DNA of 16,453 bases from Octopus sinensis (GCF_006345805.1 NW_021825145.1:1-16453), one strand, 5' to 3'. Positions 1 through 8,366 are shown, numbered from the stretch's first letter. A program made the numbers and translations. The notes: generated by a model not told the origin, from the letters alone.

Positions 1-320
1 AAGTATCATACAACCTACCTTTCACTCGGAGAGAGAGTCCTTTTGTTGCCAACAGAGACAGTAGATCTCTGAACTTCCTTCATCCTATTCTTATTCTAGA
101 AACAATACTTTCAGAGCATCTACCACTGTTACTAATTTGGTCACCTAAACAGCAGAAACTATCTACTACCTCAAGAGAGCCTCCTGGGCATTTGGGAGAG
201 TTTAAATCCCTCGTGTTCTTAGTACTCATTGTTCCTGCTCATCTTCCACACACGAAAGCAACCTCGTCTATTAATTTTCCTGCGATTATACTGCATCTCT
301 TATGCGTCCATATATAATGT
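1..320 (-). pseudogene. Decayed RTE-clade LINE reverse transcriptase fragment (C-terminal RT/thumb); runs off the window start
   Basis: Hand translation of the minus strand: WTHKRCSIIAGKLIDEVAFVCGR*AGTMSTKNTRDLNSPKCPGGSLEVVDSFCCLGDQISNSGRCSESIVSRIRIG*RKFRDLLSLLATKGLSLRVKGRLYDT. This matches the RTE-type V..F.YLG...RI..GW..F..L motif series. In-frame TGA codons at 239-241 and 80-82 fall where Cys and Trp are expected. Confidence 0.85.
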
Positions 321-454
321 GGTATGGTTTTCAACAAGTAGTATGGCATTCGATCAGTTAAGTGAGCAAAGATTATTTTTGTCGTACAAGTGAACTTTAG
401 AGTTTAAAAAATTGGTGAGTGGACTGAAAAAAGGGTCAATTTTGAATAATGTGT

Positions 455-502
455 TCGTGGGGAGCGGTTCTTCCCCTTGCTCCCCAATTAGCTGCGCCAC
501 TG
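455..502. mobile_element. Possible isolated DNA-transposon (hAT-like) terminus
   Basis: GC-rich hairpin TGGGGAGC/GCTCCCCA (458-486) followed by TAGCTGCGCCACTG (reverse complement CAGTGGCGCAGCTA), which resembles hAT terminal inverted repeats (TIRs). No partner end found. Confidence 0.3.
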
Positions 503-760
503 AACAACAATGATTCAGATACTAATAGGGAGAGATTCGCAATATCAAACTGCGTAAATTTTTCTTTATTTCTAATGTGGATGGATTTGAACCAACACAT
601 CAAAGAGAATCTATTGATCCATAGAACCAGTGCATTCTGTGGCTATTGAGTTGTTTTGACTCCTATTACTAGCAATCCTGATGCTGATTAGTGCTCTTCG
701 TCACTTTACTGACGTATATGTTTCTGCCTTTAGGTTGTAAAATTGCGAATAAGCCACCCG

Positions 761-763
<3 letters not shown>

Positions 764-802
<39 letters not shown>
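764..802. repeat. (TA)n microsatellite
   Basis: Directly visible. A 9-bp direct repeat GCCACCCGT lies on both sides (753-761 and 819-827). Confidence 0.95.
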
Positions 803-808
<6 letters not shown>

Positions 809-1194
809 CGAGCAAAACGCCACCCGTCCAATAGACGGTATTGAGTTGTCAAACATTTAAAACAAATTTTCTCAAAACAACTTGTCCGACCGTCCCATAG
901 CCCACCCCTTTGAGAAACACTGATTTAACCTAAATTTGAGACACTGTGCATTTTTCTCGTGTACGAGTAGTATCGATCGTAACAGCTGATGTACTTGTAC
1001 GTACAAATGCACGTTCCCACGGCTTTATCGATCGCATTCTCACCTGGAATCGATTTTTGTAATTTTTTCAAGACTTATACACGCCCTGATACCGTCGGTA
1101 GCTATATATCAAATTTGAGCACAATCGGATGGAGGATGCCCGAGATCCTAGAAGACACGCACACAGACAGACAGAACGGATTTTATATAATAGA
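809..1194 (-). mobile_element. Putative non-autonomous Helitron-like element
   Basis: The minus strand starts A|TCTATTATATAAAA followed by (CTGT)n. A CCGTC/GACGG hairpin at 824-838 precedes a CTCG|T end (canonical is CTAG|T). A CAAATTTG motif is shared with the element at 15681. Confidence 0.45.
909..922. mobile_element. hAT/Charlie-like TIR remnant
   Basis: TTTGAGAAACACTG is the reverse complement of CAGTGTTTCTCAAA. It is a single end only. Confidence 0.3.
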
Positions 1195-1197
1195 TAT

Positions 1198-1476
1198 ATA
1201 GTGGTTAGGGTGTTGCACTCACGATTGCGAGACCGTGGGTTCGATTTCCAGACCGGGCATTGCATTGTGTTCTTGAGCAAAGCACTTCATTTCATGTTGC
1301 TCTGCTATCATTTCGGCATCTGACATGTGGCACCCAGTTGCACCTGTACAGGTAATACGATTTGATGGAAGGAGTGAGCTTATGTCTATACAAACATTGG
1401 ATCATTATAAACAAATCATCTTTGTGGTTGTTTGGCAAGAAATTGTCGAACCCTCATATGTCGTCTAATGATGGGA
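1198..1476 (+). mobile_element. tRNA-derived SINE with CORE-like central domain (family C type)
   Basis: A-box-like TAGTGGTTAGGG, B-box GGTTCGATTTCC, then TTGTGTTCTTGAGCAAAGCACTT, which resembles the CORE motif. The head is similar to the copy at 4020-4261. Confidence 0.75.
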
Positions 1477-1494
1477 GAGTCCATTATATATGTT

Positions 1495-1512
1495 GTGTGT
1501 GTGTGTGTGTGT
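1495..1512. repeat. (GT)n microsatellite
   Basis: Directly visible. Confidence 0.9.
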
Positions 1513-2231
1513 GGATCTAGATTGAACCTACCTGAGATTTGAAACCAAATCGAACTGTTTGTTGCTTGTAAAAACGAACGGGAAACCCTCTTCACACCAG
1601 ATGATTGATGAGGAAATACTCCATCACCTAGGACCTGTACTGGTCAAGGAAAGGTCAGTCCTTTGTTTAAGGTTTGACCTACATTACTGACCATAGTCTA
1701 TATAACAGAGAGAATTTCCTATCTCTTCCTCTTAGGTGTCAGCCTGACCAAGGAGCAACACCCGCTTTTGCGTCAGACTTAATCAACAGCAGCACTTCCC
1801 TTCGCCCTTCACTCGAATGCGAAGCGAGGCTTTCGGCTGCAAGAAAGGCGATGCCGCCTTTATCCTTTCTTCCTTTCTAGTCAGCACCATGCATTCCTTA
1901 CTCTTTCGCTCTCTACTGACAGACAACCTTTTTCTATTTATCTGTAGTGGATCTTGCAAGCATGAAGTGGATTCGATCCACTATAGCCAAATTTAAATTA
2001 ACACTGCAACAGAACTTCTCCCACTGTGGAACAATGGTTTTACTCTGACAACAGTTTTACATTTTCCAGATGCCTTTAGCTAGGCCGAAATAATGTCTTC
2101 ACCACATGACCCTTTCTAATCTCTTCTACTTCACCAAAAGCTACAACAGAGATAACAAGACCACCATCTAAATCTATTGTTCTCATTGATATCTCTATCC
2201 TTCTAGATAGTTATAAAAGCAAAAATCAGTC

Positions 2232-2325
2232 GGTGACGACTCAACGAGTCCAGTCACATACATGGTGACGACTCAACGAGTCCAGTCACATGGTGACGAC
2301 TCAATCACTTAGTCACATCGGTGAC
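2232..2325. repeat. 28-bp self-complementary minisatellite, about 3.2 units
   Basis: GGTGACGACTCAACGAGTCCAGTCACAT at 2232-2259 and 2264-2291, a diverged unit at 2292-2318, and a partial unit at 2320-2325. Confidence 0.9.
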
Positions 2326-2403
2326 AACGAAGTCTGACTAACCAGCTAGAATCTTGGTCAGAGGGAGAAATGAAGTTTACTGTCAGCAACATATATATAT
2401 ATA

Positions 2404-2465
2404 AGGCGAGGCTGGGTGGTAAGAAGCTTGCTTCCGAACCACATGATTCCGGTTCAATCCCATTC

Positions 2466-2467
<2 letters not shown>
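2404..2467 (+). mobile_element. SINE family B head fragment
   Basis: TGGTAAGAAGCTTGCTTCCGAACCACATGATTCCGGTTCAATCCCA matches the head of the full copy at 14183. Confidence 0.75.
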
Positions 2468-2524
<57 letters not shown>

Positions 2525-2538
2525 GTTGCTACTGCTGC
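2468..2538. repeat. (CTA)n microsatellite
   Basis: Directly visible. It produces the poly-Leu ORF artefact. Confidence 0.95.
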
Positions 2539-2683
2539 TTCACACTGCTAATGAATGAGTCATTGAGGGCAGGCACTATGTAGTGAATTCTTCTGCTAGA
2601 AACAGCAGCCGAACTTTCAGTTCACTTCAGTGATGTACACATTGACACATTCTATAGTATAGTCCTAGATACACTATGCCTGA

Positions 2684-2713
2684 AATAATAATAATAATAA
2701 TAATAATAATATA

Positions 2714-2757
<44 letters not shown>

Positions 2758-2773
2758 TGATGATAATAATAAT
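2684..2773. repeat. (TAA)n microsatellite
   Basis: Directly visible. Confidence 0.95.
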
Positions 2774-2981
2774 CTTTTCTACTTTAGGTACAAGGCCCGA
2801 AATTTTGGGGGACAGTCGATTAGATCGACCCCAATATGCAACTGGGACTTAATTTATCGATCCCGAAAGGATGAAAGGCAAAGTCGACCTCGGCGTAATT
2901 TGAACTCAGAACGTAGCAGCAGACGAAATACCGCTAAGCAGTTCGCCTGGAGTGCTAACGATTCTGCCAACTCGCCGCCTT
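2774..2981 (-). mobile_element. tRNA-derived SINE family A, tail type A1
   Basis: Minus strand: AAGGCGGCGAG head, B-box GAGTTCAAATT, central CCTTTCATCCTTTCGGGATCGATAAATTAAG, tail AATTTCGGGCCTTGTACCTAAAGTAGAAAAG running into (TTA)n. The window holds about nine related copies. Confidence 0.85.
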
Positions 2982-2993
2982 TTATCATAAGAG

Positions 2994-2994
<1 letters not shown>

Positions 2995-3052
<58 letters not shown>
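2995..3052. repeat. (TAA)n microsatellite
   Basis: Directly visible. Confidence 0.95.
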
Positions 3053-3266
3053 TGGTACCTCACACGTATTGAGAAGAGCATTGTCGATGTGAGAACTATT
3101 ACTACCCATGTATTTTAATTTAACTTTATTTCTATCAAAAAAAAAAAACGAACGAACTAGTGAGTTTAGTTTAATGGCCTACCAATGTATACTATGAGTT
3201 TCTTTGCCCTAGGAGTCGGGAAGACACTCGGCTAGAAATGGAAGCAAATTTGAAAGAAGAAGAAAA
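3053..3266 (+). mobile_element. 5'-truncated 3' end of the R4/Dong-type element (last codons plus 3' UTR)
   Basis: Near-identical to 7983-8190 except in the A/T tract. (TAA)n lies on both sides. Confidence 0.9.
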
Positions 3267-3292
3267 CCCCATAAATAATAATAATAATAATA

Positions 3293-3395
3293 GTGCCTGG
3301 TGTACCTTTATCAGACGGGTAGTCATGATGGGTATGCTGGGCTTCGTATATTTTACCCCAGTGTCACTTTGATGGCATGCACTGCTCTCTCACTC
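3293..3395 (+). mobile_element. ~100-bp (AAT)n-tailed repeat module, copy 1 (family unassigned)
   Basis: Highly similar to 8233-8324. It ends ...GCACTGCTCTCTCACTC(AAT)n. Confidence 0.7.
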
Positions 3396-3464
<69 letters not shown>

Positions 3465-3482
3465 AAGAAGAAGAAGAAGAAG
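3396..3482. repeat. Compound (AAT)n(AAG)n microsatellite
   Basis: AAT 3396-3434, AAG 3435-3482. Confidence 0.95.
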
Positions 3483-3527
3483 AGAGTGACTGCGCGCTAG
3501 TTTACTGCCGTATTATTATTATTATCT

Positions 3528-3697
3528 TATGAAAACTCACATCTTATTTTGCTGGGTATGATGGAAAGTGTCAGCTGTCCTCAGCCAGCTGACTAAGGTG
3601 ACACTTGTTTACTGGTCATGTTTTAAGTAAACAAGTGTCACCTTAGTCAGCTGACATTTTCCATGATACCCAGCAAAATAAGCTTTGGGTTTTCATA
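3528..3697. mobile_element. Fold-back / MITE-like palindromic element 1
   Basis: The left arm 3528-3613 is the reverse complement of the right arm 3626-3697, with a few mismatches and a 14-nt insertion in the left arm. The loop is 12 nt (3614-3625). Confidence 0.85.
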
Positions 3698-3720
3698 TAA
3701 TAATAATAATAATAATAATT

Positions 3721-3935
3721 GTTTCTTTATTACCCACAAGGGGCTAAACACAGAGGGGACAAACAAGGACAGACAAACGGATTAAGTCGATTACATCGAC
3801 CCCAGTGCGTAGCTGGTACTTAATTTATCGACCCCGAAAGGATGAAAGGCGAAGCCGACCTCGACGGAATTTGAACTCAGAACATAACGGCAGACGAAAT
3901 ACGGCTACGCATTTCGCCCGGCGTGCTAACGGTTC
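3721..3935 (-). mobile_element. SINE family A, tail type A2
   Basis: Same head and core as 2774-2981, but with tail GTGTTTAGCCCCTTGTGGGTAATAAAGAAA. Confidence 0.85.

Positions 3936-3989
<54 letters not shown>
3936..3989. repeat. (AAT)n microsatellite
   Basis: Directly visible. Confidence 0.95.
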
Positions 3990-4019
3990 TGCACCCAGAA
4001 AGTTACCCTCCCAGGCACA

Positions 4020-4261
4020 AGTCCGGGAATACTAGCCTCCCCTCTTCACACCACTGATGCTATCCAAGGGAAAGGCAAAGGGGCCGATACAGCTTGGCAC
4101 CTGTGACGTCGCAACTCATTTCTACAGCTGAGTGAACTAGAGCAACGAGAAATAAAGTGTCTTGCTCAAGAAAACAACACACAACAACCCGGTCCGGGAA
4201 TCGAACTCACAACCTCACGATCGTAAGCTCGACGCTCTAACCGTTGAGCCATGCGCCTTCA
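4020..4261 (-). mobile_element. tRNA-derived SINE with CORE-like domain (family C)
   Basis: Minus strand GGCGCATGGCTCAACGGTTAGAGCG (A box), GAGTTCGATTCCC (B box), TTCTTGAGCAAGACACTT (CORE-like). There is no intact tRNA 3' acceptor half. Confidence 0.8.
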
Positions 4262-4310
4262 AATCAACAACAACAACAACAATAATAATAATAATTATGA
4301 TAATAATAAT

Positions 4311-5562
4311 ACGGCAATAAACTCGCGCGCAGTCGCAGTAGTTCGGTATGGCGTTGGAATGCTGAAGTGAACAGAAAGCCAAGGAAGCTCCTAACGATGC
4401 ATGAAGCCTTTCGTCCACGTGTAGACACTGATTGCCTATACACGAAGAGAGCAAATGGAGGAAGGGGACTGATAAGTGTGGAAGACTGCGTGCGTATCGA
4501 ACTCGAGAGCTTAATGAGATACCTATTTCTTTACTACCCACAAGGGGCTAAACACAGAGAAGACAAACGAATTAAGTCGATTACATCGACCCCAGTGCGT
4601 AACTGGTACTTATTTAATCGACCCCGAAAGGATGAAAGGTAAAGTCGACCTCGGCGGAATTTGAACTCACGACGTAACGACAGACGAAATACCTATTTAT
4701 ATTTCTTTATTACCCACAAGGGGCTAAACACAGAGCGGACAAACAAGGACAGACAAATGGATTAAGTCGATTACATCGACCCCAGTGCGTAACTGGTACT
4801 TAATTTATCGACCCCGAAAGGATGAAAGGCAAAGTCGACCTCGGCGGAATTTGAACTCACAACGTAACGCAGACGAAATACCGCTAAGCATTTCGCCTGG
4901 CGTGCTGACGTTTCTGCCAGCTAAAGTAGGGAAACCTTGCTAGTGACAGTTAAGAATGAGGGAGTATTGAGAGCAGAGAAAAAAAGGAAAAACAAAGGAA
5001 AAAGTACAAAAGGGACACGAAGAAGGATTATGCAACAAGTGACTCCACAATCAATTCCATGTAGTCACAACAAAAGTTGCTAGAAAAAGTAGGTGGGATT
5101 GGCTGATGAAAGGAACATTAAAAAAAATAATAAAGAAACCGAAAGCATTATACTGCCAGTGCATGACCAAGCTTTGGCCACGAACTGGAGGGTCCACCTG
5201 AGGAATAAGCAAGTGTCTACGCTGTGCCGCATCTGCAATAGAGTAGATGAAACCATTGCCTATATCACGAACGAATGCCCTTGACTTGCTCCAAACCATA
5301 ACAAGTTGTAACGACACGATCAGGTAGCGAAAGTGCTACACTGGAAACTGTGCGAAAAGTCGGGGCTAGAGAGAGGCAAGACGTGGTATGAGAACAGAAC
5401 GCAGAGAGTAGCAGAGTCAGAGACTAGCAAAGTCATCTGGGATTTCCCAATCTAAACAGATCAGGTGCTAGAGCATAACAGACCAGACAAGGTGCACCAC
5501 ATATGCTATATAGTTGATGTTGCATACCCTTTTGGCCCACTTATAATCAATAAGAACGGCAA
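4311..5562 (+). pseudogene. Decayed R4/Dong-type RLE non-LTR retrotransposon (second, older family), interrupted by a SINE dimer
   Basis: Across several frames it reads TAINSRAVAVVRYGVGMLK*, RKPRKLLTMH..LYTKRANGGRGLISVEDCVRIE (4311-4523), LHNQFH..RWDWLMKGTLKK..ETESII..DQAL.TN, CRIC-x8-Y(from H)-x4-C (5225-5278), RHD (5312-5320), IWDFPI*TD..NRPD (to 5488). It has multiple stops and frameshifts. Confidence 0.88.
4525..4922 (-). mobile_element. Tandem dimer of SINE family A2
   Basis: Unit 4701-4922 has the head. Unit 4525-4692 starts at GTATTTCGTCTG and lacks the A-box region. Confidence 0.88.

Positions 5563-5645
<83 letters not shown>
5563..5645. repeat. (GATA)n microsatellite
   Basis: Directly visible. 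Confidence 0.97.
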
Positions 5646-5655
5646 CAACCACCTT

Positions 5656-5745
5656 AAGACGGCGAGCTGGTAGAACCGTTAGCACGCCGGGCGAAATGCG
5701 TAGCGGTATTTCGTCTGCCGTTACGTTCTGAGTTCAAATTCCGCC
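5656..5745 (+). mobile_element. SINE family A head only
   Basis: AAGACGGCGAGCTGGTAGAACCGTTAGC...GAGTTCAAATTCCGCC. Confidence 0.85.
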
Positions 5746-5855
5746 GGTACAAGAGCTCGTCAGGCGGCACTAGTAACGACCACGCTCGAATGGTGCTTTT
5801 TACGTGGTAATGGCACGGGAGCCAGTCAGGCGGCACTGACAACGATCACGCTCGA
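5746..5855 (-). mobile_element. Fragment of repeat family D (internal ~66-bp tandem)
   Basis: The reverse complement resembles 13899-13950 (GCGTGATCGTTGTCAGT...). GTCAGGCGGCACT occurs twice. Confidence 0.65.
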
Positions 5856-5956
5856 TGGTACTTAATTTATCGACCTCGAAAGGATGAAAGGCAAAGTCGA
5901 CCTCGGCGGAATTTGAACTCAGAACGTAAAGACAGACGAAATACGGCTCGTCGCCT
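5856..5956 (-). mobile_element. SINE family A with internal A-box deletion, 3'-truncated
   Basis: AGGCGACGAGC is joined directly to CGTATTTCGTCTG, the same junction as the copy at 12379. Confidence 0.85.
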
Positions 5957-6246
5957 GTACATACATGATTTATAATCAGGAAGTGTGGAGAGGTCGATGA
6001 TGGCGCTCTAAGATAACAAAGAAAGAAAGGTGGAGAGATAGAACGGAGGTAGGAGTTATAAGAGGAGCAGGAGTGGGGGGGAGCGAGGAGGTATGAATAT
6101 AGCGGTAGGGATGGGGGGGGGGGGTAAATGAAGCGTAAAAACGGGGGAAGGAAGAGTGTGTAAAATGTAGCGGGAAGAGTAATTTTGGATTAATGTAAAC
6201 AAAGAAATTTATTCTTCCTGATTGTGTTGACTGATCGGACTTGTTA

Positions 6247-7197
6247 TTTGTTGTTGTTGTGGTGGTGGTGGTGGTTGTGGTGAGGGGGGTGGTGGTGGTG
6301 CTGGTGAGGGTGGTGGTGGTGGTGGTGGTGAGGGTGGTGGTGGTGGTGGTGGTGAGGGTGGTGGTGGTATTGGTAGTAGTGATGGTGGTAATGGTGGTGG
6401 TGGTTGTGGTGGTTGTGGTGGGGGTGGTGGGGTAGTGGTGGTAGTGGTGGTAGTGGTGGTGGTGGTGGTGGTGGTAATGATGGTTGTGGTGGTATTGGTA
6501 GTAGTGATGGTGGTAATGGTGGTGGTGGTGATGGTGTTGGTGGTGGTGGTTGTGGTGGTTGTGGTGGTGGTGATGGTAGTGATGGTGGTGATGGTAGTGG
6601 TGATGGTAATGGTGGTGGTGGTGGTGGTGGTGGTTGTGGTGGTGTTGGTTTGGGTGGTGTTGGTGGTGTAGTGGTGGTAGTGGTGGTGTGGTAGTGTGGT
6701 AGTGGTGGGGTAGTGATGGTGGTGGTTGTGGTGGTGGTGGTGGTGGTAGTGATGGTGTGTAGTGGTGGTGGTGGTGGTGGTGGTAGGGTAGTGGTGGTAG
6801 TGATGGTGGTGGTTGTGGTGGTGGTGGTGGTGGTATGATGGTGTGGTTGTGGTGGTGGTGTGTGTGGTAGTGGTAGGGTGGTGGTGTGGGTGTTAGTGGT
6901 AGTGGTGGTGGTGGTGGTGGTGGTGGTGGTGGTGTTGGTGGTAGTGGTGGTGGTGGCGGTGGTGGCAGTGGTTGTGGTAGTAGTGGTAGTGGTGGTAGTG
7001 GTGGTAGTGGTGGTGGTGGTGGAGGTGGTGGTGGTAGTGGTGGTGGTGGTGGTAGTGGTGGTAGTGGTGGTGGTGGTGGTGGTGGTGGAGGTGGTGGTGG
7101 TGGTAGTGGTGGTGGTGGTAGTGATGGTGGTGGTGGTATTGGTAGTAGTGATGGTGGTAATGCTGGTGGTGGTGGTGTTGGTGATGGTGGTGGTTGT
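6247..7197. repeat. Degenerate (GGT)n array
   Basis: About 950 bp of GGT/AGT/GAT triplets with a recurring GGTATTGGTAGTAGTGATGGTGGT sub-unit. Confidence 0.97.
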
Positions 7198-8022
7198 ATG
7201 GAGGGAAGTACAGCAACTATTGTTGCAAAGAAGGTGAAAATAATGGCAACGAAAAAAGCGCACGAGCAATTGGCTGATAGGTGGGAGGAGAAACCTCTGC
7301 ACGGCAAATATGTGACCCGCAGCAAACAAGCTGATGTTGACCAGAAGCAAACCCATCAGTGGCTACGGAGCTCAGGGCTAAAAGCAGAGAGCGAAGGTTT
7401 TATCCTGGCTGCTCAAGATCAAAGCCTATTAACCCGGAACTACCAGGCCAATGTGATGATGAAAAATGGAGCAGACCCAAAATGCCGATTCTGCAACGAT
7501 ATGATTGAAACAGTGGACCACCTAATCTCTGGATGTAAAGTTTTAGCACCAGTGGATTATAAATTAAGACATGACAGAGTTGCCAATATCTACCTGGCTA
7601 ATACTCGGCATTACAATATCAAAACTGCCGACAAGTGGTATAATCACCACCCTGAGGCTGTAACTGAAGGAGAAAATGTACATACAGACCGAACCATCAA
7701 GGCCAATAAACCAGATATTGTTGTGAAAGACCAAAACAATAAAGTTTGCTTATTGATCGACATGAGCATCCCCTGTGATCATAATATCTCAGCGAAAGAG
7801 TTTGATAAGCTCAGAAAATATAAAGACCTACTCATTGAAATTGAGAAAATGTGGCATCTCAAGGCGGTTACAATACCAGTGATCGTAGGAGCACTAGGAA
7901 TGATCAAGAAGGGAACCGAAAATTATATGAGAATGATCCCTGGCTTACCATCCCTGCAAGAAGTGCGAAAGATTGTCTTAACTGGTACATCACACGTATT
8001 GAGAAGAGCATTGTCGATGTGA
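7198..8022 (+). pseudogene. C-terminal coding part of an R4/Dong-type RLE non-LTR retrotransposon (post-RT region, CCHC knuckle, restriction-like endonuclease)
   Basis: Motifs: KPLHGKY, THQWLRSSGLKAESEGFILAAQDQSLLTRNY, C-x2-C-x8-H-x4-C (7483-7536), RHD (7567-7575), KPDIVV (PD at 7711-7716), LIDMSIP, KLRKY; stop at 8020-8022. The RT domain is absent and small internal deletions are present. Confidence 0.93.
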
Positions 8023-8194
8023 GAATTATTACTACCCATGTATTTTAATTTAACTTTAAAAATTCTTTTTTTAAATGAACGAACTATTGAGTTTAGTTTA
8101 ATGGCCTACCAATGTATACTATGAGTTTCTTTGCCCTAGGAGTCGGGAAGACACTCGGCAAGAAATGGAAGCAAATTTGAAAGAAGAAAAAAAA
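7198..8194 (+). mobile_element. 5'-truncated R4/Dong-type element including ~170-nt 3' UTR
   Basis: The coding remnant above plus UTR 8023-8194, ending in an A tract and then (TAA)n. Confidence 0.9.
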
Positions 8195-8232
8195 ATAATA
8201 ATAATGATAATAATAATGATAATAATAATAAT

Positions 8233-8324
8233 GCCCTTATCGGACAGGTAGTCATGATGGGTATACTGGGCTTCGTATATTTTACCCCAGTGTCACTTTG
8301 ATGGCATGCTCTGCTCGCTCACTC
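8233..8324 (+). mobile_element. ~100-bp (AAT)n-tailed repeat module, copy 2
   Basis: Matches 3293-3395 but starts about 11 nt further in. (AAT)n lies on both sides. Confidence 0.7.
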
Positions 8325-8356
<32 letters not shown>

Positions 8357-8366
8357 CAACAACAAC

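Larger units (their letters stand above)
5856..7198 (-). repeat. Left arm of inverted duplication (SINE + purine-rich linker + (GGT)n array)
   Basis: 5967-6252 is the reverse complement of 11728-12073 apart from length changes in the G/C tracts. Confidence 0.85.

Noticed and set aside
449-1880. Short 62-70 aa ORFs in the first 2 kb
   Set aside because: No recognisable motifs, lengths expected by chance, and several overlap SINE or Helitron-like sequence.
2232-2325. CRISPR-like palindromic ~28-bp repeats
   Set aside because: No unique spacers, no cas genes, and a eukaryotic context.
3300-3330. Minus-strand CTGATAAAG half-hammerhead in the 100-bp module
   Set aside because: A at position 8 breaks the C3-G8 pair, and no GAAA half is present in either copy.
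3585-3655. Hammerhead within palindrome 1 (CTGACTAAG plus long stem)
   Set aside because: The core reads CTGACTA rather than CTGANGA, and the stem is followed by TTAG rather than GAAA.
4180-4261. tRNA gene (also at the other SINE heads)
   Set aside because: A and B boxes are present, but the acceptor stem cannot be closed and the sequence continues into a SINE body.
6886-7197. Gly/Ser-rich N-terminus of the 378-aa ORF
   Set aside because: It is microsatellite sequence in frame by chance. Only 7198-8022 is retrotransposon protein.
5976-7356. Long ORFs of 449 and 370 aa (Pro/His/Thr-rich) and other poly-Val/poly-Gly ORFs
   Set aside because: These are read-throughs of (GGT)n, which has no stop codons in most frames. 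There is no domain content, and a diverged inverted paralogue exists.
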